Source: a virus
IMG/VR virus record: IMGVR_UViG_3300044769_000080
Reading direction: 5' to 3' (one strand)
DNA: 64,000 nucleotides
Made by a program: the position numbers and the translations under genes
Shown: positions 53,795 through 63,125 of the stretch, piece after piece
Layout of the letters: the number at the start of each line of letters is the position of its first letter
Numbering within the stretch: the first letter of the stretch is position 1
Notes under the pieces: generated by a model
What the model was told of the DNA's origin: nothing
Seen by the model: the letters and a program-made list of their open reading frames with translations, nothing else
Databases searched by the model: none

Positions 53795-54818
53795 AGTGCT
53801 CATCCTCTCCGGCTTGCCGGGGTCTGGGAAGAGCACATTTGCCGAGGACTGGCTTGTCCAGAAACAAGGACAAGGCGTCCGTATCAACTACGACAACATC
53901 CGCCTTGAACTGTTCGGCACGGACTGGAATTGGAACCGTACTGACGAGGGCAAGATGAAGGACCACGCTATGGAGACGGCGAACGATGCCCTCAAATGTG
54001 GTTATAGCCTTATCATCGACAACACGAACCTGACGCCTAAGGCGAGGGCACCGTGGGAGAACCTTGCTCGCAGCTATGGGCTGACGCCCGAGAACATGGA
54101 ATTTGATACACCTGTTGCCGAGTGTGTCCGTCGCGACTCTTTGAGGAGCGATCGTAGCCGAGTCGGGCGTGCGGTGATTGAACGGTTCGCGCTGTTCAAT
54201 GGATTCATCGACTGGAACGACCGATCTCTGTATCCGAGGGATTTCATCATCGTTGACATGGACGGAACGGTAGCGGATTGTGATTGGCGACGGAAGCTGG
54301 CGTTTGAGGGACCAACCAAGCACAAGGATGTTAAGATTTTCCTTGAATCCTCGAATGGAGTCACCGTTCCGTGTTCATTGAAGAACAAGGTAGTGGACCG
54401 TGAGTGTCCCGAGTGTGGTGGGAAGGCTCGCAAAAACTGGCCTCTGTTCGCGGCGAACGTGGAGAACGATCCACCGATTCAGCCAATCGTGAGTCTTGTC
54501 CAGACGCTCGAAATGTATGGTGGTGAGGATACTAGCGGAGATTTCTCAGGGCTTGATGTGATCGTGGTGTCTGGCCGTGAGATTGGCCCCTCCGGTAAGG
54601 GAACTGAAGCGTGGTTGGAAAAGATGCCGTGGCACACTCTCCACTTGTTCATGCGTAACTCACAAGACTACCGCCCAGATGACGTGATCAAACAGGAAAT
54701 CCTCGACCTCCTGCCGAAGAATCGCATCCGCTACGTCCTCGACGACCGCCAGCGTGTTGTCGATATGTGGCGCAGAAACGGCTTAACGTGCTTGCAGGTG
54801 GCAGATGGCAAATTCTGA
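53778..54818 (+). CDS. pseT: polynucleotide 5'-kinase/3'-phosphatase (T4 Pnk/PseT-like) with inserted zinc ribbon (346 aa)
   Basis: P-loop LSGLPGSGKST, DNTNL, HAD motif IIVDMDGTVAD, VVSGREIG. C-terminus DDRQRVVDMWRRNGLTCLQVADGKF nearly identical in pattern to the T4 Pnk C-terminus. CPECGG insert. Confidence 0.8.
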   Translation: MTTKPEVLILSGLPGSGKSTFAEDWLVQKQGQGVRINYDNIRLELFGTDWNWNRTDEGKMKDHAMETANDALKCGYSLIIDNTNLTPKARAPWENLARSYGLTPENMEFDTPVAECVRRDSLRSDRSRVGRAVIERFALFNGFIDWNDRSLYPRDFIIVDMDGTVADCDWRRKLAFEGPTKHKDVKIFLESSNGVTVPCSLKNKVVDRECPECGGKARKNWPLFAANVENDPPIQPIVSLVQTLEMYGGEDTSGDFSGLDVIVVSGREIGPSGKGTEAWLEKMPWHTLHLFMRNSQDYRPDDVIKQEILDLLPKNRIRYVLDDRQRVVDMWRRNGLTCLQVADGKF

Positions 54819-54993
54819 GTGTCAACCAACCAAAAACATCATGTGCCTCAACTGCTGGAAGGTGGTGGAACAACACTGCGGCTGTTCTCCTCTTCCAGGC
54901 ACTAACACCTGCAAGTGTCCAGAACCAGATCGGTTTGACGCAGAAGCTGCGATTGACGAGCTTCTGGAGGAACTCAAGCATGAGCATATCTAG
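54805..54993 (+). CDS. small Cys-rich protein (62 aa)
   Basis: ORF track. CLNC...CGC...CKC. Confidence 0.3.
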   Translation: MANSECQPTKNIMCLNCWKVVEQHCGCSPLPGTNTCKCPEPDRFDAEAAIDELLEELKHEHI

Positions 54994-55507
54994 CCGCTTC
55001 TCGGAGGAAGTCGAGTCCAAGCTGTACCATCTCGACATCTGTACTCACATCAAGAACGAAGAAGACATTGACATTCTCACTCGTCGTGGCTTCAACGTTA
55101 ACCTTCGCCTGATGAAGACCTCGCCAGTCTATCACGCCATCATAGCTCAGTGCGTGCATTACATCCGCGACTGTGCGACGACCAAGAGGGCTGGCTACTC
55201 CCGGCCGATGGGCTTCAGCGGCGCTAATGCTGGCATCCCGTTCAACATCATTGCGATGCGGGATGGGACGTATATGATCAATCCTCAAGTGATCGAAGCT
55301 AGCGACAAGATGAGGATTACGAGCAGTGACTGTGGCAGCTTGACGCTGAAGAAGCCAATCAACGTGCAGCGTCCGACTTATGTCACCATCGAATACTACG
55401 ACCTCGATGGGAAGCCGCATGTTGTTAGTGGTTTCTTGCCGACTGAGCAGCACGAAATCGACCACAACAATGGGATTCTGATTACTGACCCGCGCAGGAG
55501 GGCCTGA
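54980..55507 (+). CDS. def: peptide deformylase (175 aa)
   Basis: GFSGANAGIP (G.G.AA.Q-like), SDCGSL (EGCLS-like), EQHEIDHNNG (HE.DH metal motif). In frame with ORF-track entry 54767. Confidence 0.65.
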   Translation: MSISSRFSEEVESKLYHLDICTHIKNEEDIDILTRRGFNVNLRLMKTSPVYHAIIAQCVHYIRDCATTKRAGYSRPMGFSGANAGIPFNIIAMRDGTYMINPQVIEASDKMRITSSDCGSLTLKKPINVQRPTYVTIEYYDLDGKPHVVSGFLPTEQHEIDHNNGILITDPRRRA

Positions 55508-55668
55508 TGACTTGGAAAGAATTCAAAGCATGGATGGAAAAGCAGGGTGTCACTGATAAGATTCACGTTGAAACTGTAGACATCAGGGGTTATGACTTTG
55601 ACGAAAAGCATCCTCCAAATGTCCACTGGGGCCGTGATGGCCGTAAACGAACTGTGAGTGTCTGGTAA
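55507..55668 (+). CDS. small protein (53 aa), not in ORF track
   Basis: TGATG overlap with def. Translation MTWKEFKAWMEKQGVTDKIHVETVDIRGYDFDEKHPPNVHWGRDGRKRTVSVW. Confidence 0.35.
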   Translation: MTWKEFKAWMEKQGVTDKIHVETVDIRGYDFDEKHPPNVHWGRDGRKRTVSVW

Positions 55669-55679
55669 AGGAGAGTCTA

Positions 55680-55958
55680 GTGTCATTCAAGCTCCAACCA
55701 ACATCAGATACGCTCTGTCTAAGCTGCCGCTTCGCAAACATTGCTGAGTTTTCAAACGGTGACCGTATGATTGGCTGTTTGAAATTCGGGAATTTTGAGC
55801 TGTCGAAAATCATACCGTATCCTGTCATCAAGTGTAATGTGTTTGAGAACAAGAACTCAGCGACTGAGTGGGAAATGCGACAAATCGCATGGGACGTCAA
55901 AGTTTCCTCCAAAGGTGGGTTCATTGGGTTCGAAGCGCCACCGAAGGAGGACAGGTGA
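55680..55958 (+). CDS. hypothetical protein (92 aa)
   Basis: ORF track. Confidence 0.35.
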   Translation: MSFKLQPTSDTLCLSCRFANIAEFSNGDRMIGCLKFGNFELSKIIPYPVIKCNVFENKNSATEWEMRQIAWDVKVSSKGGFIGFEAPPKEDR

Positions 55959-56186
55959 GGGATGCTCATGTTGCCGATACTGAGGTCAGTGCAGCGATTC
56001 GTGGTTGTCTTGTTCCATTCGGAGACATGGCGATTACTGACTTGCCGAGGAAGCGATTCAGTTGGCCCAAAGTCTACGCCTACACCGACCACGTTAGGGC
56101 CGCTGAAGTTCGTTCAGTTGGAAGTCTCAGACTGGACACAAGGCGGGAGGATCAAGACAGCTAAGGGCATAGGTCATCACGAATCG

Positions 56187-56534
56187 ATGCTTGATGCTCT
56201 GAAACATGACCCGTGTGCGTATTGTGGCGGTAAATTTCCTGCCGGTTCCCACAACAACGGGAAGCGAACGTATGCGTCGATTGACCATATCGCTCCTCTG
56301 AACAGGCATCACGTGAAGGCCAAGCAGGGGAGGGACCATTGGTCGAACATGACTGGTTGCTGCTCTACGTGCAACAACAAAAAACAAAATATCAAGTTGA
56401 TTTACTTCCTCTGGTGGAAGCGAGACGGCTTCAAGCGACCACTGGCACACGTTCTCAGACAGCGCAAGGAGCGATATGGTAGCAGGCTTAACAGAATTCA
56501 ACACATCGTGGCATTCCTACCCGTCGGTGCATAA
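56187..56534 (+). CDS. HNH endonuclease (115 aa; C-terminal part of ORF-track entry 55962-56534)
   Basis: CAYCGGKF...SIDHIAPL...HWSNMTGCCSTCNNKK is an HNH motif. The upstream 75 codons of the ORF-track entry look like out-of-frame overlap. Confidence 0.55.
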   Translation: MLDALKHDPCAYCGGKFPAGSHNNGKRTYASIDHIAPLNRHHVKAKQGRDHWSNMTGCCSTCNNKKQNIKLIYFLWWKRDGFKRPLAHVLRQRKERYGSRLNRIQHIVAFLPVGA

Positions 56535-57495
56535 TCTAGGGCATCCCGCCATCTCCCAGCTTCTCACCGTTCCAGTCCAAGTCGAGGAAAAAATCGACGG
56601 GAGCCAGTTCAGCTTCGGGCTGTTTCCTGACACTGATACGCCTGTCGTGCGGATGGATGGCGGGGTCGGGTATGGCCTGAAGATTCGGTCGCGTGGTGCT
56701 GTGATGCACCCTGACGCTCCGGTGGATATGTTCAAGCGTCCCACCGAGACGGTCAAGTCACTGATTCCCATGCTGAAACTGGGTTGGACGTATCGGGGTG
56801 AGGTGCTTGTCAAGAAACAACACAACGCCCTCGCCTATGACCGCACCCCTGAAGGCTATATCATCATCTGGGACATCAACCCTGGATATGAGGAATACCT
56901 TGATTATCAAGCTAAAGCAGCGGAAGCCGCTAGACTCGGCCTTGAGTGCGTTCCATTACTATATACAGGTATGGTGGCTGGCATTGAGCAATTCCGAACG
57001 TTCCTCGATACGACAAGCTGTCTCGGAGGGCAAAAGATTGAAGGGGTTGTCGTCAAGCCTCTTGGATATAGCTTGTTTGGCACAGACAAAAAAGTCCTCA
57101 TCGGGAAGTTCGTCTCGGAAGCGTTCAAAGAAGTCCACCGCAAAACCTGGGGCGAAAGCAACCCAGCGGGCAAGGACATCCTCGCGCTGATCGGGGCAAA
57201 GTACACGACTGCTGCGAGGTGGCAGAAAGCGCTTGCTCATTTAAGGGAAACAGGAAAGATCGAGGACAGTCCACGAGATATTGGTTTGTTAATCAATGAG
57301 GTACCAGTTGATGTGCTCAGTGATTCTCAAGACGAAATAAAGGAGGCTCTATTCAAATGGGCTTGGCCTCACATTAAAAGACAAGTCACTCGTGGGTTGG
57401 CTGAATGGTACAAAGAGAAACTTTTGGAGAAGTCTTTCTCTTCAGTCGAATCTCACGAATCTGTTGACCAAGAACAAGCATCTCCTGATAAGTGA
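56476..57495 (+). CDS. RNA ligase, Rnl2-like (339 aa)
   Basis: Motif I VQVEEKIDGSQFSF (KxDG), motif IV EGVVVKP, motif V LIGKFV. Size and layout like T4 Rnl2. Confidence 0.7.
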   Translation: MVAGLTEFNTSWHSYPSVHNLGHPAISQLLTVPVQVEEKIDGSQFSFGLFPDTDTPVVRMDGGVGYGLKIRSRGAVMHPDAPVDMFKRPTETVKSLIPMLKLGWTYRGEVLVKKQHNALAYDRTPEGYIIIWDINPGYEEYLDYQAKAAEAARLGLECVPLLYTGMVAGIEQFRTFLDTTSCLGGQKIEGVVVKPLGYSLFGTDKKVLIGKFVSEAFKEVHRKTWGESNPAGKDILALIGAKYTTAARWQKALAHLRETGKIEDSPRDIGLLINEVPVDVLSDSQDEIKEALFKWAWPHIKRQVTRGLAEWYKEKLLEKSFSSVESHESVDQEQASPDK

Positions 57496-57898
57496 AGAAA
57501 TCGCTCTTTGCTGTGTTGCACACCCAACAGCACTGGACAACGTTGTCAATCTCGTAGCCTATTGACGAGTCAATTCTGTCAAGCCCTACTCCTGAAATAT
57601 TCAGAGGGAAGCCACAATAGTGGCAAGGCTGTTCAATCAATTTAACATAGGTATCTCTGTCTATGTTTGTACCTTTTCTTTTCATGATGGTATATCGGCC
57701 ATCTGGCGTTTGGCCGTACCCACGTCTACGTAGTTTATTGCAAAGCTTGCATTCGCTCTGGAGTCCATCACTTGAGGACGAAGATTTCCAGAAATCGGAT
57801 ACTGGCTTAGAAAGATCACACGAACAGCAGAATTTGGTGGAAGTTGACATACTTCCATTTAACCACAATTCATCTGAATTGTCAAGTTCCTTTATCAA
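57386..57898 (-). CDS. HNH homing endonuclease (170 aa) on opposite strand, AT-rich cassette
   Basis: CHYCGF...LDRIDSSIGYEIDNVVQCCWVCNTAKSD. Low-GC segment. Converges on, and overlaps, the 3' end of the RNA ligase gene by about 110 nt. Confidence 0.6.
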   Translation of the reverse strand: MIKELDNSDELWLNGSMSTSTKFCCSCDLSKPVSDFWKSSSSSDGLQSECKLCNKLRRRGYGQTPDGRYTIMKRKGTNIDRDTYVKLIEQPCHYCGFPLNISGVGLDRIDSSIGYEIDNVVQCCWVCNTAKSDFFTYQEMLVLGQQIREIRLKRKTSPKVSLCTIQPTHE

Positions 57899-57922
57899 AG
57901 ATCGCGACCCAGGAGATGAGGC

Positions 57923-58255
57923 ATGAGAAAAATTCTATACTCTCCCGGTTATGGTGCTGGATGGAGCACATGGAACAGTGGTGAAGTAGCGCGTTTCATG
58001 CTAGTCTATCAGCCAATCATTGATTTCATCGAAGGTGGTAATTCGTTTACCAACGATGACACTGACGAAAAAACAATTCATCCTTTACTTAAACAGCTTC
58101 AGGATGAATGCCGGGAGAAGTTTGGCAAGGAGTATGTATGCATGCTGGGTGCTGATGACCTAGAAATCTTCACAACTAACAAGCGTGTTCGTATTAGTGA
58201 ATACGACGGCTTTGAGTCGATAGAAGAAGAAGGCGAGTTTGAGGAGTGGCTATGA
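57923..58255 (+). CDS. hypothetical acidic protein (110 aa)
   Basis: ORF track. Confidence 0.4.
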   Translation: MRKILYSPGYGAGWSTWNSGEVARFMLVYQPIIDFIEGGNSFTNDDTDEKTIHPLLKQLQDECREKFGKEYVCMLGADDLEIFTTNKRVRISEYDGFESIEEEGEFEEWL

Positions 58256-58953
58256 AAGAAATAATCGTCCCCGACATTCACGAACAGTTTGAGAAGCTAA
58301 ATAAGCTTGAGTCCCGACTGCTTCAGGCCGACCGGGTAATCTTCCTCGGTGACTGGTTTGATAGTTTCAACGAGCCTCAGCACATCCAGACTGCTTGGTG
58401 GCTGAAGAAGCACATCGACATCAAGGGCTGGGAATTTCTGCTCGGCAACCATGACTGTCATTATGCGTTCAGCAACGCTGGTTTTATCTGTTCCGGCTAT
58501 AGCCCAAAGAAAAAGGAAGACATCGCAAACATCCTGACCATCGAGGACTGGGCGAAGTTCAAGGTTTTCGCCTACACGCATGACAAGGAGTTTCTCCTCA
58601 GCCACGCTGGCCTGCGGCCTGAGACTGCCCACTTCCTGAACGAAGAGGATGCGGCGCTTCAGATTGCCCAACATGGTGGGTTTGGGAATTTCTGGTCAGC
58701 TGGCGTAGCCAGAGGCGGTTATGCTAAGTTCGGTGGCCCAACATGGCTGGATTTCAATCGAGAGTTTCGGCCCATTGACGCACAGAGGCAGATCGTCGGA
58801 CACACGTCAGCGAGCGCTGAAATACGTAGAGTCCGTGGCGCAGGGAAGAACGGCAGCACCGGCAACAATTACTGCATCGATACTGGCTTTCGACACGCAG
58901 CTTTCTACGAGGACGGCACGTTGGAATTCTTGAAACTGGAGGACTTGAAGTGA
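58246..58953 (+). CDS. calcineurin-like metallophosphoesterase / Ser-Thr protein phosphatase (235 aa)
   Basis: FLGDWFD (GDxxD), LLGNHDC (GNH[DE]), later H residues. Lambda-PPase-like. Confidence 0.65.
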   Translation: MAMKEIIVPDIHEQFEKLNKLESRLLQADRVIFLGDWFDSFNEPQHIQTAWWLKKHIDIKGWEFLLGNHDCHYAFSNAGFICSGYSPKKKEDIANILTIEDWAKFKVFAYTHDKEFLLSHAGLRPETAHFLNEEDAALQIAQHGGFGNFWSAGVARGGYAKFGGPTWLDFNREFRPIDAQRQIVGHTSASAEIRRVRGAGKNGSTGNNYCIDTGFRHAAFYEDGTLEFLKLEDLK

Positions 58954-59330
58954 CGAGCAGAAAAACCCGGTTATTCAGAAGCGGCTCTCTGTCCAACAGA
59001 CAGAAGGACAATATCATGCGGCAGGCTAGCCGTTATGCTGCGATGGTCGATGCAGTGTGCATCTCGATGGTCAAGACCCTCGGTAGCAGCCTGAAGCAAG
59101 GTGAATGGAGCATCACCCTCACCAAGGACGAGGTAAACAGCGCAAAGACTTACGAGAAACTTGTCATCAACGAAGGGCCGAACGGAGAGGTCATCTTAAC
59201 AGTCCAGACCGACCCTGATATGCAGGCACAAATCGATGCATTCAAGGCAGAACTTACAACACCTGAGACTGCTACGAGTGAGCAGCCCGTTGTGGAGGTG
59301 CCAGATGATTTCAATTCCATTGAAGGCTAA
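58950..59330 (+). CDS. hypothetical protein (126 aa)
   Basis: ORF track. Confidence 0.4.
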   Translation: MTSRKTRLFRSGSLSNRQKDNIMRQASRYAAMVDAVCISMVKTLGSSLKQGEWSITLTKDEVNSAKTYEKLVINEGPNGEVILTVQTDPDMQAQIDAFKAELTTPETATSEQPVVEVPDDFNSIEG

Positions 59331-59496
59331 GTATCGGATACCGGGACGCATTCTGCACCGGGACGGCATTGACCCTCCCTTCGGGACTGGTGTCTACAAC
59401 GCCGGTCGGTTTAAGTCCAAGAGTAGCAATGCTGGCACGAAAGGCAAGTCTGGACAGACCTTGAAGCCGCGTCAGAGGGCATACGGGCCGTGGTAA
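59305..59496 (+). CDS. small basic protein (63 aa)
   Basis: In frame with ORF-track entry 59236. Translation MISIPLKAKYRIPGRILHRDGIDPPFGTGVYNAGRFKSKSS... Confidence 0.3.
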   Translation: MISIPLKAKYRIPGRILHRDGIDPPFGTGVYNAGRFKSKSSNAGTKGKSGQTLKPRQRAYGPW

Positions 59497-59575
59497 GGCT
59501 AAGAGCGCCGCTGTCGTGGAACAGTAGGGGCAGCCTATACCTAAACTGGCTCTGGCTTCGTAAGCTGGACCAGCG

Positions 59576-59818
59576 ATGGTGGGTGTGGAGGAATCGATGA
59601 TTAAGTTAGTTAACGGTGCTGAGTGCCTGTCTGTGGGCGAACTCAAGAAAGCGCTTGAGGGAGTTGATGAAAACTTGCCAGTTGAGGTTTTCTTTTCAGC
59701 CGATGTTCCATCTGGCAATCCTGATGGTGCATACATAGACAAGGCACTGGAATCTAAGGGCTCACCATTCAGCTGGCCCTGCTTTGACCTCTACGTGACC
59801 CGTTTCTTTTGGTATTGA
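59576..59818 (+). CDS. hypothetical protein (80 aa)
   Basis: ORF track. Confidence 0.35.
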   Translation: MVGVEESMIKLVNGAECLSVGELKKALEGVDENLPVEVFFSADVPSGNPDGAYIDKALESKGSPFSWPCFDLYVTRFFWY

Positions 59819-59829
59819 TGGAGGAATCG

Positions 59830-60189
59830 ATGAGTGATAAGAAATATTTTGGTGGATTCAATAACCTTGAGGACATTGCACGAGAGTTTGCTGATGAACC
59901 TTACAATAGGAAGCGCAAAATCCCAGAAAACCTCCCAACCGAGGAGCAGATTATCTTCGCTGCTTATGAAGGTGGCAGTTATGAAGGTGCAGCCATCGTT
60001 GTGTATGAGAAAGACGGAAAGCTGTATGAGGTCAATGGCAGTCACTGTTCATGCTATGGCCTAGAAGGTCAGTGGGCGCCTGAGGAGACAACTCGGGAAG
60101 CTTTAGCGATGCGTAAGCTTGCGAGCTACGATTACGAAAAGGACACCCGCACCCGATTCCATGAGCTGTTTGGAGGCACAGATGGGTAA
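59830..60189 (+). CDS. hypothetical protein (119 aa)
   Basis: GGAGG RBS then ATG 59830. In frame with ORF-track entry 59809. Confidence 0.4.
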   Translation: MSDKKYFGGFNNLEDIAREFADEPYNRKRKIPENLPTEEQIIFAAYEGGSYEGAAIVVYEKDGKLYEVNGSHCSCYGLEGQWAPEETTREALAMRKLASYDYEKDTRTRFHELFGGTDG

Positions 60190-60586
60190 GTATAGGATTT
60201 TCGTTTACGGTACGTTGCTGCGAGGGTTCGGCAACTACCGTCGGCTGCTGGAGAAGCAAGCAACGTTCATCACTGAGGCTGAGACGCCTCCAACCTATAC
60301 GCTCCTACACCTTGGTGGTTTCCCCGGCCTGATCGCCGAAGGCACCACCGCTGTGAAGGGAGAGGTGTTTGAATTCGATTCTGATGGTGTCCTGCAAGGC
60401 CTTGATTGGCTAGAGGGCCACCCAACGTTCTATACTCGTACTCCGATCAAGCTGGCCGATGGGACGGATGCTGAGACATACATCCTCAACCTGACCGGCA
60501 AGCATTCATATCGAGCTGTTGAAAACGGTAGCTGGCGCACCGAAACTGGAATCAAAGCGCCAGAACAGGAGGTTGTGAATGGGTAA
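60182..60586 (+). CDS. gamma-glutamyl cyclotransferase-like (AIG2/GGCT family) protein (134 aa)
   Basis: N-terminal FVYGTLLRG (YGTL motif), later VKGEVFEF with the conserved Glu. In frame with ORF-track entry 60119. Confidence 0.55.
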   Translation: MGKYRIFVYGTLLRGFGNYRRLLEKQATFITEAETPPTYTLLHLGGFPGLIAEGTTAVKGEVFEFDSDGVLQGLDWLEGHPTFYTRTPIKLADGTDAETYILNLTGKHSYRAVENGSWRTETGIKAPEQEVVNG

Positions 60587-61790
60587 TCTGGTTATCGTCA
60601 ATCCGGGCGTTACAATCGGCGCTGACCCGGAACTATTCCTCGTCAAGCGCGGCAAGACAAAGGAACACGTCATCGGTTCGGAGACGATCATTAAGGAATC
60701 GCTTGAGAACCCATTCAATAAGGGCTATGGCACCGTTGTCACTGATGGTGTTCAGGTTGAGTTGCATCCGAACGGCAATGGCAGCTGTCGTCAGTCAATG
60801 GTTGAATACCTCAAAGCATGTCTCAGTGCTTTGCACACAGAGGTCAGTAAACACCAGGACCTCAGAGTCAGCTTCGATCAAATGGTGACGGTTTCCCGTA
60901 AAGAGCTTATGCAGTTGAGTGATCATGCCAAGTTCCTCGGCTGCAAGCCTAGTCTCAACTTCTATGGCCGTGAGTCAAAGCTGGTTGACGGCTTAGTATA
61001 TCGTAAGCGAAGCGCATCTGGCCATATTCATCTTGGCTCACAGTACATCGCCAATGCTGCTCACCCTGTGGGGGCCGTCAAGGCTGACCGTATCATCCCA
61101 GCCCTCGATATTCTTGTCGGCATCATTGGTGTTCTCCTCGACCGTGACCCGAAAGCTGTTGAACGACGCAAGTTGTATGGTCGTGCTGGTGAGTATCGCC
61201 TCCCAAATCATGGCATCGAGTATCGGACGCTCAGCAACTTCTGGCTGATCAGCTATCCTGTGATGTCCCTCATGATGGCACAGGCGAAGACGGCTTTTTG
61301 CCTGGCGTTTACCGAGACATCGGCAGCAGATCGTTTTAAGTCTAGCTTCCACGACCTGCTCGCCAAGGATGCTTTGAATGAACTCATCAACCTTGCCAAC
61401 CTCAAGCAGGTCGAGAAAGCCATTAACAAGAATGACTTCGACCTCGCATATAGCATCTACGACCGTGCCATCAAACCAGTAATGATGCAGACTAACGGAT
61501 GCATGGGCCTCGGTCCCAACACCGAAGCTGGCGAAGGTGTCTTCAATGATTTTGAGTACTTCATCAGCAAGCCGCTGAAGGAATGGTTTCCGCATGACCC
61601 CATCGAGCATTGGCTGAATGCGAAGGGCCGTGACTATGGCTGGGAAAGCTATGCACAACGTACGATTCGCAGTGCGAGGCTCGGAACACCGACCATAGTT
61701 GATGTTCCAACGCAAGATGTGGCTGTTCCTACCACTGCCCCGCCTCCCAACGGTGGTTCATACGTAACATACACCATCCAAACTAGTTAG
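60579..61790 (+). CDS. glutamine-synthetase-fold carboxylate-amine ligase (GCS2/YbdK-like amidoligase) (403 aa)
   Basis: N-terminal TIGADPELFLV (acidic metal-ligand strand) and SGHIHLGS (G.H.H.G signature) of the GS/GCS2/amidoligase superfamily. Confidence 0.45.
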   Translation: MGNLVIVNPGVTIGADPELFLVKRGKTKEHVIGSETIIKESLENPFNKGYGTVVTDGVQVELHPNGNGSCRQSMVEYLKACLSALHTEVSKHQDLRVSFDQMVTVSRKELMQLSDHAKFLGCKPSLNFYGRESKLVDGLVYRKRSASGHIHLGSQYIANAAHPVGAVKADRIIPALDILVGIIGVLLDRDPKAVERRKLYGRAGEYRLPNHGIEYRTLSNFWLISYPVMSLMMAQAKTAFCLAFTETSAADRFKSSFHDLLAKDALNELINLANLKQVEKAINKNDFDLAYSIYDRAIKPVMMQTNGCMGLGPNTEAGEGVFNDFEYFISKPLKEWFPHDPIEHWLNAKGRDYGWESYAQRTIRSARLGTPTIVDVPTQDVAVPTTAPPPNGGSYVTYTIQTS

Positions 61791-61798
61791 GAGGGATT

Positions 61799-62302
61799 GT
61801 GAACATCGACATCAAGCAAGAGAAAGAAACCGTCATCCATACCTACCTCAAGCGCACCAAACATGGGGTGCGTGTGGATGTGCTGGTCGATCCTGAGGTT
61901 GAGGAATTTTTCCAGCATTGGGGCACTGGAAAGCAGGCAAATGTGACCCTCAATGGCAGGTCATGGAAACCCTATCCTCTCCCAAAGGAAGGTCAAACTG
62001 AAACTGAGTTGCTGGCATGGCAAATCAACGGCCTCAGGGATGACACGACCGGGGCATATGACATCTACAGTACTGGTCGCAGCTTGACAACACCAACAGA
62101 ACGTGGTCAGAACATCTCTTTCATCCGGCTCGTTGGCGCAAGCAAGGGAGTCAGTTTCCTGTACGAGGACGTTGTAGGCTGGGACGGAATGCTTGCGATG
62201 GCTGAGCGCATCCGCAACGCAAGCGGTAGGTTTTATGATCAATTCATCCGTCCCGCTCACCTCCACATCACGGTGAACACGGACATTGAAAGGTTGGAGT
62301 GA
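61799..62302 (+). CDS. hypothetical protein (167 aa) inside the amidoligase cluster
   Basis: ORF track. Confidence 0.4.
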   Translation: MNIDIKQEKETVIHTYLKRTKHGVRVDVLVDPEVEEFFQHWGTGKQANVTLNGRSWKPYPLPKEGQTETELLAWQINGLRDDTTGAYDIYSTGRSLTTPTERGQNISFIRLVGASKGVSFLYEDVVGWDGMLAMAERIRNASGRFYDQFIRPAHLHITVNTDIERLE

Positions 62303-62306
62303 TTGC

Positions 62307-63125
62307 ATGGCGAAGCGAGTAGGCATTAGAAACCGAATCTATCGTGTCGGTGTCGAGCTTGAGGGGGGTTGGGAACAGTTACCGAGTGGGAGCAGGATTG
62401 AGCATGATGGAAGTGTAGTGATCAGTCTACCCGGCGCCATTGATGCCAATGGAAGGCCGCTAAGTCCTCCTCAGGCACCACAGCCTAGGGGCCTTCTCAT
62501 TGATGAGAATGCTGTGCCTCCACGCAAGATGCCAGCGATTGTGGTAGGGGAGATCCCATCACCGCCTCTTGACATGGATGCATATGCAGGCTGGATGAAA
62601 AACTGTTACCCAAAGCACGTCAATGAAACATGTGGCCTCCATACCCATATGAGCTTCAAGTTCAAGATCCATTACATGCGTTTGATGACACCAGAGCTGA
62701 CACCTCATATCGTGAATGGGCTTCTGCGCTGGGCGGAGGAAGAAAAGCTAGCACCAAGTCATCCTATCTGGCCGAGGTTGCAGCGCAAGGACCATCGTCA
62801 CTGTGCTCATATCTATCTAGGTGACAATCAGGTTCGTATAGCACGGAAAGACTACAACAGCCGAGGAACAGCGTATTCTCGATACACCGCTTTGAATTAC
62901 TGTTACTCAAAAGAACAGCCAGACGGCACCAGACTCGGCACTGTTGAGTGTCGTCTGCTGCCTATGATGGAAACATCAGATCAAGCTGTGCGAGCAGTCA
63001 CAACTGTCTTCGACTTGACTAACAGATTCCTCTCCCAGCTGAAGAGAAAAGAGCCTCGGGTGGAAGCGAAAGTTGCGCTTGCTCCAATGCTAAGTGCGAC
63101 ATACAGAACCGGAAGGAGAACGTAA
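62307..63125 (+). CDS. Amidoligase_2-type enzyme (GS-like) (about 272 aa)
   Basis: YRVGVELEGG (G.E.E) and CGLHTHMS (GLH.H) motifs. GGAG RBS before ATG 62307. In frame with ORF-track entry 62286. Confidence 0.5.
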   Translation: MAKRVGIRNRIYRVGVELEGGWEQLPSGSRIEHDGSVVISLPGAIDANGRPLSPPQAPQPRGLLIDENAVPPRKMPAIVVGEIPSPPLDMDAYAGWMKNCYPKHVNETCGLHTHMSFKFKIHYMRLMTPELTPHIVNGLLRWAEEEKLAPSHPIWPRLQRKDHRHCAHIYLGDNQVRIARKDYNSRGTAYSRYTALNYCYSKEQPDGTRLGTVECRLLPMMETSDQAVRAVTTVFDLTNRFLSQLKRKEPRVEAKVALAPMLSATYRTGRRT

